A program made the translations under genes and the position numbers. A stretch of 64,000 bases of DNA, taken from Hormiphora californensis (taxonomy: Eukaryota; Animalia; Ctenophora). Positions 56,501 through 64,000 of the stretch are shown in pieces. The number at the start of each line of letters is the position of its first letter. The first letter of the stretch is position 1. The DNA lies in contig CM035358.1 in assembly GCA_020137815.1 (NCBI GenBank), positions 6,200,001 through 6,264,000 of the forward strand, given 5' to 3'. Under the pieces are notes generated by a model. That model made no database searches. It had not been told where the DNA came from and was given only the letters and a program-made list of their open reading frames with translations.

Positions 56501-59500
56501 CAACCCACATTCTTCCCCCCTCCTGGTAACACCAATGACCCACCTCCCACGTTCTCTAGAGAGGTAAGGAGGAGCATGCAGTAGAGATGACAGAGCTACA
56601 AGATAAACTAAAGAATGATATGGCAGCCTTTCAAGAGAAACTACAACAACTACAGCAGGTAATATGGGGGGTATTGGGTTGGTATTGCTGCGTCTGAACT
56701 TGAGGGGATTAGAAATTGTAATAATAAAATTTTATACTTGCCATCTCGAACATATTGTAACAAATTTGAAGGTACTAAATATTCTCTCATCCCTCTTTTA
56801 CATGGTTTAGGAGAACATATAATAACATACGTTATTCTCATCTCTCATTCCTCCCTCAGGAAAGTATGATAACCAAAGCGGAGGGTCTGGCACAGCAGGC
56901 TGAAGCTAAGGTTAAGAGCTCAGAAGCCACACTCCAAGCGACACAAGCACTGATCCAAAATCAAGAGGATACAAATAGGGAGTTAGTTAATATGGCTCAG
57001 CATATCCTGAAAGGCCATGCATCCACCAAGCAACAGGGTACGTTTAGAATTTCTAGAGTATTTGGGATGAAATTTCGGTGATGATTTGTAAGTTTCTGGC
57101 CTCTGGGGACAGAGCTTGCAAGTTGCAGTTTGGGGGAAGGGGGCAAAATTCGGTTGTGTTGTTCATTAGCCATCACTCGTTTGAAAAGCGCGCGCAAAAT
57201 GAAAGTACACTTTTCAGCACTCTGTGGTTATGGAAACGCGCGAAAGAGCTTGTTTTCAATTCCGCGCCCACCTTGTGGGACGTGTGTAACAAACTGTCAC
57301 AATAATTAGTAGGGACGATAGTGTCAGTCGATGTCAGGGATCTTAAAATTTCCCTATTCAAGTGTTCGGGGAGCCTCTCCCGAGTAAAATGCGCCCAATT
57401 AGAGCTCCCAATCTTTTCTCGTTCCCTAATTATTCGTGATTATGCTAATTATGACGTCATCAGCAACTACCAGAAATCTACGTCTTAGGGCTTAAATTTT
57501 GATTATAGCTGATAGGGGACCACTAGATTAGTGGGCAAAAAAATTTTCAGGTCGATCGGAGTTATGGGCGTGGCGCTATGGCGTTTTAAAGTGTGTAATC
57601 CGGTGATGACGTCATCAAGGATTATCAAATTAGGTCAACGCGGGGGGTCGAGACCGGGTGCGTTTGATCGAGCCTGATAAGCTGATCAAAAATCTGTAGG
57701 GGTAGATCAATCCCCCAACTAGGAGCCGAGCTATTAGCGTTTTTCGTGTTTTAGGTCACGTGACTTCGTCAAAAGTCGAAAAAATGCTAATAGCTCGGCT
57801 CCTAGTTGGGGGATTGATCTACCCCTACAGATTTTTGATCAGCTTATCAGGCTCGATCAAACGCACCCGGTCTCGACCCCCCGCGTTGACCTAATTTGAT
57901 AATCCTTGATGACGTCATCACCGGATTACACACTTTAAAACGCCATAGCGCCACGCCCATAACTCCGATCGACCTGAAAATTTTTTTGCCCACTAATCTA
58001 GTGGTCCCCTATCAGCTAGTATCAAAATTTAAGCCCTAAGACGTAGATTTCTGGTAGTTGCCGATGACGTCATAATTAGAATAATCACGAATAATTAGCG
58101 AACGAGAAAAGATTGGGAGCTCTAATTGGGCGCATTTTACTCGGGAGAGGCTCCCCGAACACTTGAATAGGGAAATTTTAAGATCCCTGACATTGACTGA
58201 CACTATCGTCCCTACTAAATGGACAAAGTTAAATTGAAACTTTACCTAATATAAAATCACCACATTTATATCACATTTCTATAATTCTCCCAAGATAATT
58301 CTCCCGAGTTTCAATACTGAAAGACTCCAAAAAGTGTTAAAAACTAACTTGTTTCGTCAGGTGGTTCGGTGACAAGTGTAACAGAAACAGCTTACACCCC
58401 CTCCAAGGCAACACCGAACATTTCACAAGAATCTGTGGAGATATCCCATTTAGCTGGTTAGTAGTAGTAACAGTAGTAGTTGGTGTAGTTATTCTGTGTT
58501 ATAATGTCTGGGGGGTTCAGCCCTAAAAATGATAGTAAGATAGTTCCTTTTTATGTCCGTGTCCTCCTCTCTCTCTCTCTGCTTACACACACCGCCAGAT
58601 ATCACAGAATCCCTGTACTTGTAAGAGACGAGACACAGCCCCCTTTATAATGGACTCTCTCTGTATCTTGTTTTAGTAACTATACAAACTATGTGACTGT
58701 GTGCTACAGAAGGGACTTTTATTATTGTCAAGTCTGTGTTATTCGAAAATTATATTGCAAAATGTGTATTTAGCTGTGTGTTTGTATCTTTATTATATCT
58801 CCATTTTCTCCAAACACATTCCCAAATTGTTACTCCCCTCCAGATTCTCCTGGACCTGATTATACTGCTGACTTTGAGACGACCATTAGAACAGAGGTTG
58901 ATAGCCCACTGAAAACGGTACCAAGTGTTAGTGTGATACAAACGGTTAGTTCAACTGTCACATAGTACCCTCCATCCTCCAAACATACCTTTCTCATCAT
59001 GCAATTTCCTTGGTTACCCATGTTATGGTGTTCAACTGACAGGAATATACCATCCTTTTATCATGCCATGCAATATTATTTGCATCGCTTTCAATCTGCC
59101 CCTGGTTCTCCCAAATAACCCGAGTGCTATCCCCTCTCCATTTCTCCCAGATCACCCAATATTCTCTCACCAGGAAATCCCCGAAGAGGAGGAGACTGAA
59201 CACCAAGATAGCACCCTGACACACACAATTGAGGAAGAGATAATAGAGGCCCCAACTAGAGATGCAGGAGATGTTGATGAGACCCCTAAAACAGAAATAT
59301 CGACTGATACAGAGTACTCGTCACCTGAGAAAGGTATGTATAAATCTCATGTTTATCTTTGAGTCGCTGGAGAAAGGTAAATTCTGATATTTGTTTGTTG
59401 CAGATAATTAACATGGAACATGTTACTAATTTATCGGGCATTTTAGAGTTTTTGTCACGGTTACTTTCATTTCAGTTTTCACAATGACTTTCTAGCACAG

Positions 59501-61369
59501 TAAGACTTTCTAACAATTATTTCAGCACCAGAGTCGTTCAGAGCAGTTCTCCCCTCTGAGTCTCACAGAAGGAGAATGAGCGCTTCAGAGGATTCTATTG
59601 CGTCTGCTGCTGCCCCTAACTCCCCAGAGAAAGGTAACAATCTTGAGTAGTATGGTAGTTAAGGTCGTGCGCACTTTTTGGCGCCAAATTGGCGGCGGAC
59701 ATAGTTTATTCAGACAAATTCGCATCGCCACGTGGCGGTACCGCCAAATACCGCCAACACTTGGCGATTTACAATCGCCACGTGGCGCCACTTGGCGCCA
59801 AAAAATCGCCAACGTGGCGGTTGTGCGCAGTCGCCCAATTTTGGCGCCATTTGGCACTAAAATATCGCCACGTGGCGCCGCGTGGCGCCAAAAAGTGCGC
59901 ACGACCATACTACCCAATCTTGAGTAATAATAAACCTGTTATGTCTCGTTCGGAGATGTATATTTAGGATTTTTAGAGTAACTTACCCAAGTTTAAATTA
60001 CACCTCCTCTTTCTAGGACTCCTTTGCTACCTTCACCCTGGACCAAGTTAACCAATACATGAAGGATGAGAGGGCACGTGCTAGACATCAGAAGGCCTTG
60101 TTGAAGCTGAGGGAGCAAGCTGTCCAGGAGAAAACAGAGGCGAAATTAGAGCTTCTTGACATGAAGAAAAAGTAGGTTTTTTCGTCTGTTTGTTTGTTTG
60201 TTTGTTCGTTTATTCGATTGTTTGTACCCAGATATATTGTGTCTGCTATTTGCTGTCTGCAACACACAATGACACAATATACACATATCATAACCTACTA
60301 TAGATCATGTGGGAGGGTTATTGTTGTAGCAGCATATCACACAGACATGTGATACAGGGCACATGTCGTGGGATATCATGAACTCTTTGGATATCTAGGA
60401 TTCTTTTGGCCAAAGATTTAGAAAAACTACTCCTTCAAATGATCGTTATCTCATGGTTGTTTTAGGAAGTTAATAATTCACCGCTCTTCATGCATGATTT
60501 GCTTCTCTGTCTTTTACCCTGTCTACTTCTTTCACTTTCTTTATAATACTCTTTCACTTTCTTTATAATACTCTTTTGCTAGCTATATCTGAGATATATA
60601 AGACGCGATATTTCTAAACTACAGCTGTTATGTGGCTTGTAAGAGTTTGGTTATGTAGTAACTAAGATCAGTAAATAGCCCCATTTGTTTGTCCACTGCG
60701 TAGTGTGGTTTGGCAAAGACTGTGCAGGAGGTATTATTTGACTCAGCAGCTAGTGGCAGGGTATTATAGTATCTGTACTTATTTTGGTCACCAACTACCA
60801 CTACTGTCTGCATGGCAGCTATTGTGCGTGTGCAATTACATTTCCCCCTGGTTCTGCTGCTGGGTCAGGCGCTGGGTATCTCTCCCTCATTTTACCTGCC
60901 CGTATCTCTCTCCCACTTTACCTGGGTAACTCTCCTATTTTACTAGTGCACCTCCACTTTAACAGCCATTGCAGTTGTCTATTGCGAAATCTGCAGTTCC
61001 ATTTTTGGAAGCAGCCTCTTTAGAAAATTGTGCCTCATTTCTATCTCTCTCTGTATCTCCCTCTCTCTATCTCCCTCTCTCTCTATCTCTGTCCAATTCT
61101 TACGCAACCACTACACCCTTCTTCTTTCTGTCTAACATGTGTCTCCCTTTTTCAACCATCTTGTTTCTCCACCAGCTCTGTTAACTACATCTCTCGCCGT
61201 TTCCTGCTCTGGCGACCCACGTGGTTACTTCATTGTTATCACGTGACCTTGTCAGTGGTGCTCCTAGTAACGGTTGCTATGGGTCACGTGACCTTAGTTA
61301 CCAACAATCACGTGATAGTAGTGTTGCAGCTAGTGCAGGACTGCAAATATAGCTACATTTTATCTCTCT

Positions 61370-61467
<98 letters not shown>

Positions 61468-62948
61468 ATCTCTCTCTTTCTATCTTCCTATCTCTTTTCT
61501 TGCTTTTCCCTAGCTTGTACACACTAGCTTGTTTTTTTCTTGAAGGTGCAAGCTTCCCCCATTAATTTCTAGCTGGCTTAATTAACATTCGCTCTACATG
61601 TATTGCGTCTTCAAGGTGTGTTAACGGATTTGAGTTCGAGAGAGGGAGGGGAGGGGAGGGAGAGAGAGGGAGGGGGTAGTTAATTGAATAAACTAGACAA
61701 TCAATCTGAAATGTAGACTCTCTTCTCGGAAGTAGCCCTGAAACATGGTTTCTTTCTCTCTGCTTTGCTAAATAGTGGGTTGCTTGATATACAGTGCTTT
61801 ATCTGTTGCCTTTCAGAAGTTTCTCTGTTGCTTTTTAGAAGTTAATTAACTCACACGCTCCTCAAAATAACCCCAATTATAATTGATTAATTCCAATCAT
61901 AATCAGCTTCCTCAACCCTGCCTCCGCCCCGCTTACTGTTTCAAAAGTAATTACAGTCGGTTGCCATTCATTTCTGCCATTCTAGCTGTTCTTCTGGCCT
62001 ATGAATATATCAACCATTATTTGTGTTCTAGTGTATCTTTTTATGCTACTACAGCCCATTTTCCCTAGTTTTATCACACACATAATGGGTATCAGTTATG
62101 CCACATCATCGCCAACTGTGGATTATCTTTTACATGATGCCCTCACACCCATCACACTTATTGTTTCTGTTATCCTTCACGGGATCCTCGTCAGATGCCT
62201 TGACTACTTCCTCAGGTAGGTGGCCGTCTGATTTTGGTAATGAAATTACCCCTTCACGAAAGCAACGTCGGATTAGGGCGTGTGATTCCCATTCTCTCTC
62301 GTTTTGTAGTTAGTTCCACCCAATTCTCTATCTATATTTCTCAGTGCCCTTGTTGTGGTTTAAGGTTCTTGGCTTGTCTCACATATAAGCCTATCTCCGG
62401 GACAAAGATACAGCAGTATCAGACAATTCTTGGCACCTTCTGCAGCACATACATGTACAATAGGGTGGGGTGGTGTGATCTACAATGTGCTATATTTGGT
62501 TCTCTCCTTTTCCTTCCCATATACCCGGGGGAGAGGTCATTGTGTACATGTTCTCTCCTTCAATATATAGCTATCCCGGTGGGAAGGAGCTAGGTCATTG
62601 TGTGACTTGATAGAGCTAGTGAAACTCCTCCCTTCTTTTGTTAATATCACTGCACTGTTAACTCAAAACTAAAAGTCCGCTATTCCAGATGATCTGTAAA
62701 AGAATTCCCAGCCATAATACTAAATTCCTCCAATACTCGAATACTAACCCCTCCATTACCAATCCTAACCTCCTCTTTACATCCCTTATCATCCCAATCC
62801 TAACCTCATCTCCTTCAGACGGATCCTCAGTAAGGGGTACGATGAGAAACTACCGCCCCTTATCAAACAGGAGAAAGATATCCTCGCCAAGCTGGCAGTT
62901 GAGCAGCAGGAAATCAGGCGCATGGCCGCCATGCAGCGGGCTGCACAG
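53512..62948 (+). CDS. CEP350: Centrosome-associated protein 350 orthologue, 5' part (continues past window)
   Basis: Exons approx. 53512-54998, 55143-55352, 55466-55575, 55727-56045, 56173-56410, 56560-56658, 56860-57037, 58361-58456, 58844-58896/58917, 59174-59333, 59526-59633, 60017-60171, 62819-62948. Blocks recognised as CEP350-like: KHYDTAKVQRYI..ERLQDLY, RMDAIRQTALAL, FSPGGLERKMRGEL..QQDTVALA, FRAVLPSESHRR, FTLDQVNQYMKDE..HQKALLKLREQA, KGYDEKLPPL. Several apparent frameshifts. Confidence 0.85.
57306..58218. mobile_element. Foldback element with ~440-bp near-perfect arms in a CEP350 intron
   Basis: TTAGTAGGGACGATAGTG ... CACTATCGTCCCTACTAA; spacer only ~30 bp around 57760. Confidence 0.9.
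59647..59913. mobile_element. GC-rich MITE flanked by CAATCTTGA direct repeats (Mutator-like)
   Basis: GTAGTATGGT..CGTGCGCACTTTTTGGCGCCA / TGGCGCCAAAAAGTGCGCACGACCATACTAC; many GCCACGTGGC palindromes. Confidence 0.7.
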
Positions 62949-63002
62949 GTACGTGGTAGTGAGAGAAGGGGCTGCACAGGTACGTGGCAGTGAGGGATCA
63001 GG

Positions 63003-63591
63003 CCCAGTGGTGCTCGATTGAAAATCTTAACTCTATCGAAATATTTTGAACGGCAAAATTTAAAGAAAATAGCTCATCTGAACGGCAAAATTCACAATAA
63101 CATAAACCAAACCCCATTTGTGACTAAGTGTGGTTTAATGAACAGTTTAGAACCGTAGATAGGCGGTAGATCGGTAAGATAGAGTCAATTGTTTTCATAG
63201 GTCTACTAGTGAGACTTAGTCAAAATTTGACAAAATGGCTTATTTGATGAGTTAAAATTCAAAACAACCAAAACCAAACCCCATTTGTGACTAAGTGTGG
63301 TCTAATGAACAGTTTAGAACCGTAGATAGGCGGTAGATCGGTAAGATAGAGTCAATTGATTTCATAGGTTTAGTGAGTATTAGTGACACGAATAAGGTAT
63401 AAAGGCGTTAAAAAACGAATATCTACATCTCCGATGTAGCCGAGTGGCTAAGGCGCCATACTTAATACACTCAAGGTACCGGGTTCAAATCCCGCACATG
63501 AATTTTACATTTTTTACTGAAATTTTCCAACGGCAACGCTTTTTTGAACGGCCAATTCAATTTGAACGTTAAGCAATCGAGCACCACTGGG
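63003..63591. mobile_element. hAT-like MITE (8-bp TSD) carrying a tRNA-like segment
   Basis: TSD GGATCAGG (62995-63002, 63592-63599); 18-bp TIR CCCAGTGGTGCTCGATTG; internal ~100-bp direct repeat (63103-63202, 63271-63369). Confidence 0.85.
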
Positions 63592-64000
63592 GGATCAGGG
63601 AAGGGGTGGTGAGGGAGGGAACAGGGGGAAGGGAACAGGGGGTGCTATTTGGGGGAAATTTTTTTTGCAACAGATATCCCAAAAGTTAAGACGGATTCTG
63701 GTAGAGTAGGCCCTAATTAGCAAGTGTACGAAAGGGGAAGGTCTAGATCTTTGTGATCTCTGTGTTCAGGGGGTTTTTGTAGATAAGAAAAAGTTTAGAA
63801 CTTATCCCCTAAAAACGACTGTTCCCGATATCTTAGAGCTCTAAAACTTTGCAGATCGGCTTTATATGATAAAATACAAAGTTGGTAAAAATTTCAGACC
63901 TTTAGCTCAAAATTCATTTTCATGACCGGAATGAACTTTGTTCATTCTCTCAATCAGGAGTCCATTTGACTTCAGAATTTTATTAGAAATGTTTGGCAAT

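Noticed and set aside
63430-63496. Functional tRNA gene
   Set aside because: A and B boxes are present but there is no convincing acceptor or anticodon stem; it lies within a MITE.

Overview
Repeat-rich eukaryotic (animal) genomic DNA with spliceosomal introns. It is most likely a ctenophore, Pleurobrachia-like; this is inferred from the collagen IV architecture, a spliced-leader-like sequence and a recognisable ~90-bp repeat. Host genes: (i) a minus-strand fructose-1,6-bisphosphatase gene (exons 1-5 from 33313 down to 13548). Its 14-kb intron 3 holds an entire antisense 13-exon type IV collagen gene (17612-25645) and its intron 4 holds a tRNA-Asn. (ii) A 4-exon, 112-aa secreted peptide-precursor-like gene (11901-12813). 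(iii) An intronless 7TM GPCR (37231-38298). (iv) The 5' part of a CEP350 orthologue (53512 to the window end). The most striking part is a 12-kb nest of four non-LTR retroelements (~40.8-53.0 kb). A CRE-clade RT/RLE element is interrupted by a full-length CR1-group LINE and by an ORF1-only element, which is itself interrupted by a second CR1-group LINE. The two inserts that retain their 5' regions are otherwise unrelated, yet both begin with the same leader ending in ...AATTTGAG (44 nt in one, 31 nt in the other). This looks like a trans-spliced leader and suggests retrotransposition through SL-trans-spliced RNAs. Both CR1-group LINEs also carry a conserved U_UUU_UUC heptamer where the AUG-less ORF2 frame opens, suggesting programmed -1 frameshifting. 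Many MITE/foldback elements, mini-Helitrons, SINEs and GA microsatellites fill the rest. The 2.9-4.5 kb stretch looks like low-quality sequence. All calls are by eye; no database searches were run.
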